Below are positions 47,876 through 57,769 of a stretch of DNA of 64,000 nucleotides, piece by piece. A program made the translations under genes and the position numbers. The stretch covers positions 2,117 to 66,116 of the forward strand of contig JAIFLN010000101.1 of NCBI GenBank assembly GCA_020049045.1, read 5' to 3'. This DNA comes from Spirochaetota bacterium (GTDB taxonomy: Bacteria; Spirochaetota; Spirochaetia; JABEVK01). Every line of letters begins with the position of its first letter. Position 1 is the stretch's first letter. The notes under the pieces are model-generated. The model ran no database searches and had not been told where the DNA came from. It worked only from the letters and a program-made list of their open reading frames with translations.

Positions 47876-48919
47876 TCAGACACTGCTCCCCTTGGAGACG
47901 CCGGGGCGGATGAGCGCGGAAAGGAAGGCCAGGGTCAGCCCCTGGCCCCATCCCTGCACCCGCTTATGGGGAATTTGCCGGTAAGCCTCGGCGTCGTTCA
48001 TAACCCCTGTACCACCGGACACGTTCAGCACCGAGCCGTCAGGGCCAATCTGGCTTACGATACCCTGGTAGGCGTTTTCGAGGGCCTTGCGATGAAGCGG
48101 ATGGCCGTTGAGGGCCAGCGCCGCCGCAATACCCGCCGAGCCCGAGGTTTCGCAGTATGAGGTGGGGTCGTCGAGGATGGTGTGCCACAGCCCGTCGGGG
48201 GATTGCAGGCGCACCAGCGCCGACAGCTGGTCGCGCAGAGACCCTTCGATGCGCATGAACGCCGGGTAGAGATAGGTGATGTGCTGGAGGGCCTGGGCCA
48301 TGGTGTAGGCGGCCCAGCTGTTCCCCCGGCACCAGAACAGACCCGACAGGTGATTTTTCTGAACATTGTCCCAGCCGTGGTAGTACAGGTTATTGGTGTT
48401 GTCCTGCAGGTACTCCTCGTGCCAGTACCACTGGTTCAGGCCGTCGTCGACCCAGGCCTTGTTGCCGGTTTTCAACCCCATGCGCAGCAAGAAGTAGGCG
48501 GCCATAAACAGGGTGTCGGCCCAGGCCTGCTCGGGAAAATCGTTGGTTGAGGAAACGGTATGCTGGAATACCCGGTCGCCAAAGCGCAGGGCTTCCTTTT
48601 CCAGGTAAGTGGCTTTTTTCAGGGCCAGTTCCAGGTACTTGTCCTCGCCGGTAGCCTCGTGCAGCGTGATGAGGCAGTGCCCCATGCTGACCACGTTCAC
48701 CTGGAACGGCGGCAGACCCAGCAGCAAATAGTCATCGACCCATTTCTTCAGAAAGTCGATGTGCTCCGATTTGCCCGTCGATTCCCAGGCCCGGCTGACT
48801 CCGTAAAAGGCCACACCGGCGGGCCAGCTCCAGCTGAAATCGATGTTCTTGGTACGCTGCACCACCCGGTCGATAAGGGTCCGGATTTCAGCGTCCCGAT
48901 CGCCTGAGACACCGCTCAA
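47876..48919 (-). CDS. GH105 unsaturated rhamnogalacturonyl/glucuronyl hydrolase
   Basis: WSWPAGV, QAWADTLFM, LYYHGW, WCRGNSW, GLWHTILDD, ETSGSA, WGQG. Confidence 0.92.
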   Translation of the reverse strand: MSGVSGDRDAEIRTLIDRVVQRTKNIDFSWSWPAGVAFYGVSRAWESTGKSEHIDFLKKWVDDYLLLGLPPFQVNVVSMGHCLITLHEATGEDKYLELALKKATYLEKEALRFGDRVFQHTVSSTNDFPEQAWADTLFMAAYFLLRMGLKTGNKAWVDDGLNQWYWHEEYLQDNTNNLYYHGWDNVQKNHLSGLFWCRGNSWAAYTMAQALQHITYLYPAFMRIEGSLRDQLSALVRLQSPDGLWHTILDDPTSYCETSGSAGIAAALALNGHPLHRKALENAYQGIVSQIGPDGSVLNVSGGTGVMNDAEAYRQIPHKRVQGWGQGLTLAFLSALIRPGVSKGSSV

Positions 48920-50277
48920 CGAGGTGCTCTCTTGGTCGTTTCGGATAGCATGTACGTGAAGAGTGTATGGGCCTCATCAAGACCAATGCGCACTAGCGGG
49001 TCCTGCACAAAGGCCTGGAACAACAGTTCCTCGTCCCTTGCCAGCGATGCGCGCAGCACCATTTCCTGGTTGTCGACGTGGCGGCTGACCAGGGCGTGAA
49101 CGGCGGGCGGCAGGCTTCCGGCCATCAGGGGCTGGAGGCTGTCACGGCTGATGACGACGTTGGTCTCGACCACCGCACCCCGGGGAAGGTCGGCGGCTTG
49201 ACCTTGGTTGGGGACGTTGGTATTGGTCACCAAAGGGGTCAGCCCCACCAGCGCCTTGAGCTGGAGGATTCCCTCCTCGCCCGAGGATTTGAGGTTGACA
49301 TTATTGCGCTGCAGCTTCTCGGCCAGATCTTTCTTCCGCCAGGCCACGGTGGTCAGCCCGAATTTCCAGGCCTTCACGGTCTGGGGGTCCTTGAGGTACC
49401 AGGGAGGCATAAACTCGGCCAGGTGGCGATCACCGGCGGCTGCGATCAGGCCGTAGCGCAGGAACAGATCGAACTTGACCCGGTTGGCCGAGGCGAAGGT
49501 GCTGTTGGCCCAGTGGCCCTCCTCGGGAATTTCAAACCCGGTCTTGCGGTATTTTTCGGCGAATTCACGGTAGATCGGCATCAGGTCGAGGGACCCGTAA
49601 GAGGCGCGGTCAAACCAGGTGAAGTGGTTGATGCCCAGCACATTGACCTGAATTTCGCGGCGGTGGACCCCCTGGATACCTCGCATGTCGGCCAGCATGT
49701 GCGCCAGAACGGTTTGGGTGCCGAACACTTCGTGACAGCAGCCGAAGGCCTTGATGCCGGGGAAAGTTTCGTACAAGGTTCGAACGCAGAGGGTCAGGGG
49801 ATTGGTGTAGTTGATCACCCAGGCGTGGGGGCAATGCTTTTCGACGGCGCGGGCCACTTCGACAAACATGGGAATGGTCCGCCAGGCGCGCATAAGCCCG
49901 CCAGGGCCGACGGTGTCGCCCACCGACTGATAGATTCCGTATTGTTCGGGGGCGTGGACGTCGATTTCCATCTGGTCAAAGTTGCCTGGAAGGATGGAGA
50001 CAAACACAAAATCGGCGCCCTTGAGGGCGGCCTCGAGGGAGGCTTCAGCCGTGTACACCCATTTTCCGGGTGCCTGGGGATTATCCGCCAACGCGTTGCC
50101 CAGATCAGCATTGACCTGCGCCGCCTGAGGGTTGAGGTCGTAGAGCGCCACCCGCCCTGCGATGTCGGTTTCCAAGGCCAAATCGGCCATCAGTCCGCGG
50201 GCCCAGCCTCGGGATCCTCCGCCTATATACGCGATCTTCAGGTTTCGGGGATCGGGATGCCAGGTTGATGCACTCAT
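48916..50277 (-). CDS. GH4 NAD+-dependent alpha-galacturonidase (LplD-like)
   Basis: IAYIGGGSRGWA, QSVGDTVGPGG, INYTNP, CCHEV motif (galacturonidase subgroup), GINHFTW, AGDRHLAEF. Confidence 0.9.
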   Translation of the reverse strand: MSASTWHPDPRNLKIAYIGGGSRGWARGLMADLALETDIAGRVALYDLNPQAAQVNADLGNALADNPQAPGKWVYTAEASLEAALKGADFVFVSILPGNFDQMEIDVHAPEQYGIYQSVGDTVGPGGLMRAWRTIPMFVEVARAVEKHCPHAWVINYTNPLTLCVRTLYETFPGIKAFGCCHEVFGTQTVLAHMLADMRGIQGVHRREIQVNVLGINHFTWFDRASYGSLDLMPIYREFAEKYRKTGFEIPEEGHWANSTFASANRVKFDLFLRYGLIAAAGDRHLAEFMPPWYLKDPQTVKAWKFGLTTVAWRKKDLAEKLQRNNVNLKSSGEEGILQLKALVGLTPLVTNTNVPNQGQAADLPRGAVVETNVVISRDSLQPLMAGSLPPAVHALVSRHVDNQEMVLRASLARDEELLFQAFVQDPLVRIGLDEAHTLFTYMLSETTKRAPR

Positions 50278-50367
50278 GGGGACTCCTGTGATCAGTGTAG
50301 CCCTGAGCTGTGCGGGTTGGAAAGAGTACCAGAGTACCAAAAGGACGGTACTGGCGAGGGCCTTCGT

Positions 50368-52002
50368 TCACAGAGCACGCTCCTCACCCACCGTCCACAG
50401 GCCGCCGGAAAAGTCGGCATGACCGTTGCGGGTCGCCACAAAGGCCGGGGTGCCCGACGCGGCGGTGGCGTAGACCCCGGTCTGGGCACCCACCCAGCGG
50501 CCCGGCGGTAGCGGGACAGGATCACCCAGGGGCTTCCAATCGCGGCCATCGGCGCTCCACCAGGCGGTGGCTTCGGCAAAAACGTCTGTTTTCATCGAGG
50601 GCCAGGGGGACTCGGGCGGATTGACCGCCTCAACGCGTACCGGTACAAACCAAAGCCTCAGCCAGATTGAAGCCACGGCACCCAGGTCCACCGAAGCAGC
50701 CTCCCGGGCCGGCGCCGAATCCAGGGGCCAATCCCGCAGAACCAGCCTTCCCGTTCCTCCACCCGACTGAAGGGCCAACGTGAGGGACCGGTGGGCGACG
50801 GCGGCCAGACCCGCCTCCTCACCCTCGGCCCGCGGTGAGAGAGCGACCTTGACCGTCAGGGCACAGGCCGGGCCTTCGATTTTGCGTGTCAGCACGGCGG
50901 GATTTTCCCAGGGGTTGGGGGACTGGCTGGGGCAGGAAAGACGAAGTGTTCCCATAGGGGCGCCGGGGAGCACCCAGCCGGGTTGGGGGTTGGCCTGCCA
51001 CTGCCAGTCCAGAGCAGGAAGGCCGTGCAGTCCCGCGTCGGCCGTCCGGGGACCGGGCAAGGAAATCCTTGGCGTGCCCGGGTACGGCAGAGGTGCTTCC
51101 AGCACCGGCTCGCCCCGGGTCCCCGAACCGGAACCAATCACCGGCCAGCCTTCCTTCCAGGTTACCGGCTGGAGATGCACTACCCGGCCCCAGCTGTCCT
51201 GATCCTGAAAATGCAGGAACCACCACCGCCCGTCGGGGCCTTCGACCAGGGCCCCCTGATGGGGACCATTGATGGGGGTGGAACCCTGGTCCATCACATT
51301 GCGGGCCTCGTAGGGCCCCTGCGGGCTTTGGGACCGGAAGACGCCCTGCCAGCCTACCTTCACGCCGCCAGCCGGGACAAACACGTAATACCAGCCGTCC
51401 TTCTTGTAAATCTTCGGGCCTTCGATGGTGATCCACGGCAGCGGCCCCATCGAGGTTTCGACCGGTCCCAGGGTATTCCCGTCGATGATGGTCACTCCCA
51501 GGTCGGCGACCCGGCCCTGGTTGTCCAGCTTGTGCAGGGTAATGCGGTTGTTGATCCCTGCACGGCTTTTGGCCCAACCCTTCACCAACCAGCGGCTGCC
51601 ATCCTCGTCGGTAAACGGGCACGGGTCGATGGCTCCCACCGAAGGGTCGACCAGCAACGGTTGGGACCACGGGCCAGCTGGGTGCGGCGCATCGATGCGG
51701 AAGATACCGAAATCGGGGTCGGGGTAATGGATGGAGAACACGCCGCCCTCACAGCGCAGGGCTGGGGCCCAGACACCGCCGCCCCGCCTGGGAACCTGAA
51801 AATGGGTGCGGGGACCAAGAGCGGGCAGAGCATTGGCGATCAGAGTCCATTCGACCAGATCACGGCTGGCCAGAACAGGTAGCCCGGGCACATTGGAGAA
51901 CGAGCTGGCTGTCATGTACCAGGTATCACCGACACGCACGGCGTCGGGGTCGGAATAGTCGGCGAAAAGCACAGGGTTACGGTAGGTGGCGGGGTGGTTC
52001 AA
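50368..52002 (-). CDS. GH43 glycoside hydrolase (beta-xylosidase/arabinofuranosidase) with C-terminal beta-sandwich
   Basis: RNPVLFADYSDPD, GVWAP, IDP, IEGPKIYK, GPHQG; TTG start with GGAGG SD. Confidence 0.92.
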   Translation of the reverse strand: MNHPATYRNPVLFADYSDPDAVRVGDTWYMTASSFSNVPGLPVLASRDLVEWTLIANALPALGPRTHFQVPRRGGGVWAPALRCEGGVFSIHYPDPDFGIFRIDAPHPAGPWSQPLLVDPSVGAIDPCPFTDEDGSRWLVKGWAKSRAGINNRITLHKLDNQGRVADLGVTIIDGNTLGPVETSMGPLPWITIEGPKIYKKDGWYYVFVPAGGVKVGWQGVFRSQSPQGPYEARNVMDQGSTPINGPHQGALVEGPDGRWWFLHFQDQDSWGRVVHLQPVTWKEGWPVIGSGSGTRGEPVLEAPLPYPGTPRISLPGPRTADAGLHGLPALDWQWQANPQPGWVLPGAPMGTLRLSCPSQSPNPWENPAVLTRKIEGPACALTVKVALSPRAEGEEAGLAAVAHRSLTLALQSGGGTGRLVLRDWPLDSAPAREAASVDLGAVASIWLRLWFVPVRVEAVNPPESPWPSMKTDVFAEATAWWSADGRDWKPLGDPVPLPPGRWVGAQTGVYATAASGTPAFVATRNGHADFSGGLWTVGEERAL

Positions 52003-52196
52003 TGGATTCCTCCAGGAATTCCACCATAAACGCCAGAGGCTATTCTGGGTACCCCACGTTTCCTTGCTCGACTCCGTTTCCTTCAGAGTGAACGATGAGA
52101 TCGGCTACTCGCTCACCAACGCCATTATGATGCTGACAGCCGCAAAATGACCAGCTTCCTGCAATCACGCCATTCAGATGCTGCGGCCGGGGGCAT

Positions 52197-52233
52197 AAAA
52201 AAGCAGGCCACCCCGAAGGGTGGCCTGCTTTGT
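52197..52233. terminator. Rho-independent terminator of the ice-binding protein gene (possibly bidirectional)
   Basis: AAAAAAGCAGGCCACCC-CGAA-GGGTGGCCTGCTTTGT perfect hairpin. Confidence 0.85.
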
Positions 52234-52248
52234 GGTTAGAGAGAGGGA

Positions 52249-54291
52249 TCAGGGAGCAGGTTTGGTCAGAGTCGCCTGGTTGATGACAACTGCCGTCTGG
52301 GAGAACAGACGCCCGTCTACCACCGATCCAGCCTCGATGGTGATTCCCAAATAGCCCAGGACCGTGCCCTTGAATTGGGCTGTGGTACCGATGCTGGTGG
52401 TACCAGCCACCTGCCAGAACACATTCTTGGCGAGGGCACCACCGTTGAGGGTGATTACGGCGGCTGAGGCCACGGTCAGGTTCCCCGTGGTCTGGAAAAT
52501 CCAAACGTCATTGGCACCGCCGGACAAGGAGAAGGAGGTAGACACGCCGAGGTCGGTGGTGTACTGGTACAGACCAGGAACCAGATTGACCGATCCGCCG
52601 AGGTTACCCACGGGGGTGTTTATAATGGCGCTCGCCGACCGTCCAGCGGCATCAGTGTAGGCCGCTTCCATGGCCGAAATCGTCGCCGTCATGTTCGCCG
52701 GGGTGGGAGGGGTTTGGTCGGCTGCGTAAACCTTGCCAGTGACCTGGCCGGCGGTGGCGTAGCCCGTGGCATCCACTAAGGATAGGCCAGTGATAAAGCT
52801 CTGGGCCGCGGGGCTCAGGCCTATGTCGCCGGTGATGATAGTGGTAGGGGTGACGTTGATGGCGGTCTTGGCCAGAGCGGAGAAACTACCGGCACTTCCG
52901 AGGTCCACCATAGGGGGGCCAAGGGGAAGGCTGGCGGGTGTAGTGAAGGTCCAGGTCACGTCCGAGCCCAGGGAATTTCCCGCCAAATCGAGGGCAGAGG
53001 TGCTGATCTTGGCGGTGTAGGTGGTGTTCGTGAGCAGATCGGCAGCTGGGTTGAAGGTCGCAATGCTACCAGTATATGACACGACTCCGGAGACGATGGC
53101 CATTGCCCCATCTTTCAGGGTGAACGCCGCAGTCATGGTTGCCGGGTCCATGGCTTCGCTGAAGTTAGCTAGGAGGTTGACGTTCACGGGTACGTTGTCG
53201 GCCGTATTCAGAGGAGTGGTCGAAACCACGGTGGGAGCGCTAGCATCCGGTGCTACACCAGTAGTAAAGCTCCAGGTCCTGACGGCTGCCATGGCGTTTC
53301 CTGCCAGGTCTTTAGCGCCGACACTGATCGTGGCGACGTATTCTGTGGTGGCGCTGAGGTCCGCTGTGGGGTCAAACGTTGCAATAACGCCCACATAGGT
53401 CACGGAACCGGCCAGGGGAGTGCTGGCCTGGGTGAGGGTGAAAACTGCATTGGTCATCGTTGCCGGGTCCATGGCTTCACTGAAGGTCGCGGTCAGGCTG
53501 GCGTTGATGGACACACCTGTCGCCGAATGGATTGGGACAGTGGCTGAAACGGTGGGCGCGGTGACATCGGCGGCCGCTCCGGTGGTGAAGCTCCAGGTTT
53601 TCAGGACACCCAAAGCGTTTCCAGCCAAGTCTTTGGCTCCTGTGCTGATGGTGGCGACATAGAGGGTGTTTGGGGCAAGGTCAGCCGTAGGATCAAAGGT
53701 AGCCACAGTTCCGGTGTAGGAAACGGCACCTTCCACAAGTGCTGTACCCAGGCTGACAGTGAAATTGGCAGCGTTTAATGTTGCGGGGTCCATAGCCTCA
53801 CTGAAGGTTGCGGTCAAGCTGGCGTTGAGAGCCACACTGGTTGCCGAGGCAACGGGAACGGTTGAGGCGACAAGGGGTGCCGTCAAATCGAGGGCAACGC
53901 CTGTGGTGAAACTCCAAACTTTTGCGGCACCGAGGTTGTTGCCGTCGAGGTCTCGAGCCTCGTTGCTGAGAGTAGCGGTGTAGAGGGTGTTGGGGGCCAG
54001 ATCGCTATCGGGATTGAAAGTCACAACAGCGCCAGTATGACTGACCACTCCCACCACTGCGGGTGACAATGTGAAGCTGGTGACGGAAAACGACCGGGAG
54101 TCCATCGATTTACTGAAGGTCCCGGTCAGTGAAGAATTGAGGGCGACACCCGTTGCGGAGTGGAGAGGCACCGTTGATGATACAACGGGCAGGACCGGGG
54201 CCTCCTTGGTGTTCTGAGTAGGTATCGTGCACCCCATCAGAAGTCCGCCTGCTAAAAGCAACGCGGAGAGCAGAATCTTGAAAATACGCAT
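52249..54291 (-). CDS. Ice-binding (DUF3494/IBP-1) lipoprotein with four Ig-like (Big_5) repeats
   Basis: Lipobox LLMGC; four ~105-aa repeats (P.V.STVP..SAT.V..N...TATFSEAMDPAT...DL.GN....WSFTT); C-terminal VDLGSAGSF..LAKT, TGDIGLSPAA, AYTDAAGR, PGLY, VWIFQ, NVFWQVAG, GRLFSQTAV. Confidence 0.93.
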   Translation of the reverse strand: MRIFKILLSALLLAGGLLMGCTIPTQNTKEAPVLPVVSSTVPLHSATGVALNSSLTGTFSKSMDSRSFSVTSFTLSPAVVGVVSHTGAVVTFNPDSDLAPNTLYTATLSNEARDLDGNNLGAAKVWSFTTGVALDLTAPLVASTVPVASATSVALNASLTATFSEAMDPATLNAANFTVSLGTALVEGAVSYTGTVATFDPTADLAPNTLYVATISTGAKDLAGNALGVLKTWSFTTGAAADVTAPTVSATVPIHSATGVSINASLTATFSEAMDPATMTNAVFTLTQASTPLAGSVTYVGVIATFDPTADLSATTEYVATISVGAKDLAGNAMAAVRTWSFTTGVAPDASAPTVVSTTPLNTADNVPVNVNLLANFSEAMDPATMTAAFTLKDGAMAIVSGVVSYTGSIATFNPAADLLTNTTYTAKISTSALDLAGNSLGSDVTWTFTTPASLPLGPPMVDLGSAGSFSALAKTAINVTPTTIITGDIGLSPAAQSFITGLSLVDATGYATAGQVTGKVYAADQTPPTPANMTATISAMEAAYTDAAGRSASAIINTPVGNLGGSVNLVPGLYQYTTDLGVSTSFSLSGGANDVWIFQTTGNLTVASAAVITLNGGALAKNVFWQVAGTTSIGTTAQFKGTVLGYLGITIEAGSVVDGRLFSQTAVVINQATLTKPAP
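52935..54195 (-). repeat. Four tandem intragenic Ig-like domain repeats (approximate bounds)
   Basis: Recurring DNA motif GCCGGGTCCATGGCTTC(A/G)CTGAAG near 53141 and 53462, with a variant near 53783, about 320 bp apart; same repeat visible in the protein. Confidence 0.85.
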
Positions 54292-54431
54292 GGCAATACC
54301 ACCTTTAGAATCAAGGTGTATTTTTAATTAACTTAAGTCAATTTTTTTAATGTTAATATTTTAGCAAGATACCCGTGCTCAGGGACGGTGACGGTTGTCT
54401 CGCTGCCATCCTGAGTCTAGAATTGACGCTG

Positions 54432-54959
54432 ATGATTGTCACTTCGGTTTTTTCCAGTCCCGTGGGCGAGCTTCTTCTGGGGAGTTTTGATGGTCAGCTT
54501 TGCCTTTGCGACTGGCGCTACCGTAAGCAGCGGGAGCTGATCGACAGGCGAATCCAAGACGGACTGGGGGAAGAGTTCCGGGAAGGAACGAGCTTGGTCA
54601 TCGACCAAGCTAAAGAGGAACTTTCGGAGTATTTTTCTGGCAACAGGGTTTCGTTTGCCGTCCCATGCCTCTTGGCAGGGACGGACTTTCAGAAACTGGT
54701 GTGGGACCAGCTGCTAACCATTCCGTTTGGAACGACGCTGTCCTACCAGGACTTGGCCAACCGCCTGGGCAAACCGACCGCCGTCCGGGGCGTGGCTGCA
54801 GCCAACGGGGCCAACGCTCTGTCGATTTTCGTCCCCTGCCACCGCATTCTCGGGTCGTCGGGCGACCTGGTAGGGTACGCCGGTGGGCTCAGGGCGAAAC
54901 AAAAGCTCCTCGAACTGGAAAACCCCGTCAAAAACACACAGTTCCTGATGTTTGACTAG
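54432..54959 (+). CDS. ogt: Methylated-DNA--protein-cysteine methyltransferase
   Basis: SPVGEL, GTDFQ..VW..L..IPFG, RGVAAANGAN, VPCHR, GYAGGL..K..LL.LE. Confidence 0.94.
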   Translation: MIVTSVFSSPVGELLLGSFDGQLCLCDWRYRKQRELIDRRIQDGLGEEFREGTSLVIDQAKEELSEYFSGNRVSFAVPCLLAGTDFQKLVWDQLLTIPFGTTLSYQDLANRLGKPTAVRGVAAANGANALSIFVPCHRILGSSGDLVGYAGGLRAKQKLLELENPVKNTQFLMFD

Positions 54960-54985
54960 AATCGATGGGGAGTGTGCCGTATCGT

Positions 54986-57022
54986 CTACGTCAGCCCCCG
55001 CTGTTTGAGTAGCGCGGCGATCTGGGGGTCACGGCCGCGGAAGTTGCGGAACGCCTGCCCGGGTTCGACCGAGTTGCCCACGCTCAAGATGCACGCTTTG
55101 AGCTTACTGGCGAGGACTGGATCAAACAGGTTGCCGTTCTCCTCAAAAGCGCTGAATACGTCGGCCTCGAGAACTTCTGCCCACATATAGACATAGTACC
55201 CAGCGGCATACCCTTCCCCAGTGAACAGGTGCTGGAAGTGCGGCAGACGGTGGCGCAGGCCGATTTCACGAGGCACGCCCAGGCGCAAGGATTCTTCGCG
55301 TTCAAAAGCTCCTGCGTCAAAACCCTTGGCGGAGGTCAGACTGTGCAGCGCCATATCGAGCAGAGCCGGCCCAAGGTACTGTACGGTTTCCCAGCCCATA
55401 TTGAAGGTGCCGGCTTTCTGCAGCTTGGCGACCAGCGCCGGGGGAATGACCTGCCCCGTGGTGGAGTGCTTGGCAAACCGAGACAACACTTCGGGAGCCA
55501 GCGCCCAGTGCTCAAACAGCTGGCTGGGAAGCTCGACAAAGTCCTGTAGAGTGCTGGTGCCCGACAGTCCCTCATAGGCCACGTTACTCAAGAGGCCGTG
55601 CAGGCCGTGACCAAACTCGTGGAACAGCGTGCGCACGTCGTCGAAGCTGAGCAGTACGGGTTCGCCGGGTTTGCCGCGGGTAAAGTTGTTGTTGTTGCTC
55701 ACAATGGGCACCACGCCGGCACTCTGGTCGCGGTAATTACTCATCCACGCGCCTGAATGCTTGCCGGTGCGCGAGTAGTTGTCGTTCAAGAACAGCCCCT
55801 GCAGACTGTCATCGGCCGTGTTGCGCACCTCGAACAGGCGCACATCGGGATGGTACATCGGCACGTGCTTTACTTCGCGGAACTCGACGCCGAAGAGTTT
55901 TCCGGCAGCCCAGAACATCGCGTCCACCATGTTGTCGAGCACGAAGTACGGTTTGATCTCGTTGTCATCGAGCTGGTAATCGCGCTCGCGCACCTTTTCA
56001 GCGTAGTAGCGCCAGTCCCAAGCTTCGAGTTGCTCCACGCCGTCGGCCTTGGCCAGCGCCTCGAGCAGCTTTTGTTCCTCGCGGGAACGCTTCAGCGCGG
56101 CCGGCCACACCTGATTCAGCAGGCCCGCCACGTTGGCAGGGGTTTTGGCCATGCGGTTCACCAGCGCGTAATCGGCGTAGCTTTTGTGGCCGTGGATCTG
56201 GGCCATCTCGGTGCGCAGGGTGAGAATCTCGGCAATCAGCGGTTTGGTGTCGCGCTCGGGGACCATTTCGCCCCGGGACGAAAACGCGAGGTACACTTTC
56301 TGGCGCAGGTCACGCCGGGTGGAACGTGTCAGAAAGGGTTCTACAAACGACCGCGACAGAGTGATGGCCCACTTGCCGGCGTGGCCTTTTTCCGTGGCGG
56401 CTTCGGCGGCCGCTTCGATCAGATCGGTCGGCAAACCCGCCAGATCGGCCTGCGACTCCAGCACAATCACAGTGCCATCCTCATCGGCCAGCACATGCTG
56501 ACCAAAAGTGGTGCAACGCTCGCTCAGGGTTTCTACGAGCTTGGTGAGGCGGTCTTTTTTGGCTTGGTCCAACCGGGCACCGGCCAGCACGAAGTCCAGG
56601 TGGATCTTTTCGATGAGGCGGATCTGAACGGGATTCAAACCACTGGTTTTGCGAGCCGTGTGGACAGCGTCGACGCGGGCAAACAACGCGGCGTCGAGGA
56701 AAAACCGGGTTTGATGAACGGCAATTTTCGGTGTGTACTCGAGCTCTACGGCCTGAAGCGCGTCGTTGGTAAGCGACCCGGTAAGGTTGAAAAACACGCC
56801 CAGCACGTTGCCCAGCAGTTCACCCGACCGGTCAAAAGCTTCGATGGTGTTGGAAAAATCGGGGGCAACGGCCGAACCGGCAATGGCAGTCACCTCGGCC
56901 ACGTGGTCGGCCAGGGCCTTGTCGATGGCGGGTCCGAAGTGCTCGGTCTTAATCAGGTCAAACGGAGGCATGCCGTAAGGAGTGTTCCATGGCGAAAGGA
57001 GGGGGTTGGTGGAGGTTTGCAT
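54986..57022 (-). CDS. dcp: Peptidyl-dipeptidase Dcp (M3A metallopeptidase)
   Basis: NPLL..W.TPYG.PPF, WDWRYY, GAWM, TLFHEFGHGLH, DFVELPSQLFEHW, GYAAGYY.Y.WAEVL. Confidence 0.93.
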   Translation of the reverse strand: MQTSTNPLLSPWNTPYGMPPFDLIKTEHFGPAIDKALADHVAEVTAIAGSAVAPDFSNTIEAFDRSGELLGNVLGVFFNLTGSLTNDALQAVELEYTPKIAVHQTRFFLDAALFARVDAVHTARKTSGLNPVQIRLIEKIHLDFVLAGARLDQAKKDRLTKLVETLSERCTTFGQHVLADEDGTVIVLESQADLAGLPTDLIEAAAEAATEKGHAGKWAITLSRSFVEPFLTRSTRRDLRQKVYLAFSSRGEMVPERDTKPLIAEILTLRTEMAQIHGHKSYADYALVNRMAKTPANVAGLLNQVWPAALKRSREEQKLLEALAKADGVEQLEAWDWRYYAEKVRERDYQLDDNEIKPYFVLDNMVDAMFWAAGKLFGVEFREVKHVPMYHPDVRLFEVRNTADDSLQGLFLNDNYSRTGKHSGAWMSNYRDQSAGVVPIVSNNNNFTRGKPGEPVLLSFDDVRTLFHEFGHGLHGLLSNVAYEGLSGTSTLQDFVELPSQLFEHWALAPEVLSRFAKHSTTGQVIPPALVAKLQKAGTFNMGWETVQYLGPALLDMALHSLTSAKGFDAGAFEREESLRLGVPREIGLRHRLPHFQHLFTGEGYAAGYYVYMWAEVLEADVFSAFEENGNLFDPVLASKLKACILSVGNSVEPGQAFRNFRGRDPQIAALLKQRGLT

Positions 57023-57067
57023 AGGGTGTTTATCATAAACCCGGACGGCGGGAATAGCAAAGGAAGA

Positions 57068-57769
57068 TCAGCTTAGTACAATCCGGTTTTTGCCCGCTTC
57101 CTTAGCACGGTAGAGTGCAGTATCAGCCCGGCTGACCATAATTTCCCACGACTCAGCAGGAACCCTGGATGATGCCACACCACCGCTCAAGGTGACTCGC
57201 ACCTCCCCGGTTACGGTTTGAAGCAAGAGCTTTGCCACGCCTTCCCGGCACTTCTCTGCCACCGCCCGCGCATCAGCCTGTTCTGTTTGAGGACAGAGGA
57301 TCAGAAACTCTTCACCACCCCACCGGGCACAAACATCACTGCGCCGGAGCAGGCTGGTCAAGGTGCGAGAAACTTCGACCAGTGCCTGGTCGCCAATGGC
57401 ATGCCCATGAAGGTCATTGATCCGTTTGAAGTTATCGATATCAAACAGCACCAAAGAGAATCCGCTGCCCTGCCGCACGGCCCTTGCCAACTCGCGTTCC
57501 ATATGGTCGACCATGGCCCGGCGGTTGGCCAGCTCGGTCAAAGGATCGGTGCGCGCCATTTTCTCCATGTTCTGGGTTGTTTCGCGCAGTTCGGCCTGGT
57601 AATTGTCGCTGATCGAAACAATGCGGTTCATGCGGCGGGTGAGCTTGTTATAACGCTCAAAAAGCAGCTGGACCCGCGGGTCTGGATGATCGGCCAGCTC
57701 CAGAAGCAGCGGATCGCGTTCTTCCCGGAATTCCAGCTCGCTGTCGTTGTCAGGAGTCGAAGTGTTCAT
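57068..57769 (-). CDS. siaD: Diguanylate cyclase, SiaD-like
   Basis: N-terminal coiled coil RMNRIVSISDNYQ, TDPLT.LANRR, DIDNFK.IND.HGH..GD, RRSD I-site, RWGGEEF; last gene of the operon. Confidence 0.88.
   Translation of the reverse strand: MNTSTPDNDSELEFREERDPLLLELADHPDPRVQLLFERYNKLTRRMNRIVSISDNYQAELRETTQNMEKMARTDPLTELANRRAMVDHMERELARAVRQGSGFSLVLFDIDNFKRINDLHGHAIGDQALVEVSRTLTSLLRRSDVCARWGGEEFLILCPQTEQADARAVAEKCREGVAKLLLQTVTGEVRVTLSGGVASSRVPAESWEIMVSRADTALYRAKEAGKNRIVLS

Noticed and set aside
49078-50268. 396-aa plus-strand ORF (likewise 55757-57076, 14334-15263, 29621-30523, 42296-43165, 35050-35907)
   Set aside because: Each lies antisense to well-supported genes; stop-codon scarcity is explained by codon bias.
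52935-54195. Periodic DNA repeats as a possible CRISPR or other array
   Set aside because: The ~320-bp period is in frame and corresponds to Ig-domain repeats; no spacers or cas genes.
54378-54416. Imperfect hairpin (CTCAGG...CCTGAG) upstream of ogt
   Set aside because: Weak, many G-U pairs and mismatches, no recognisable RNA motif.
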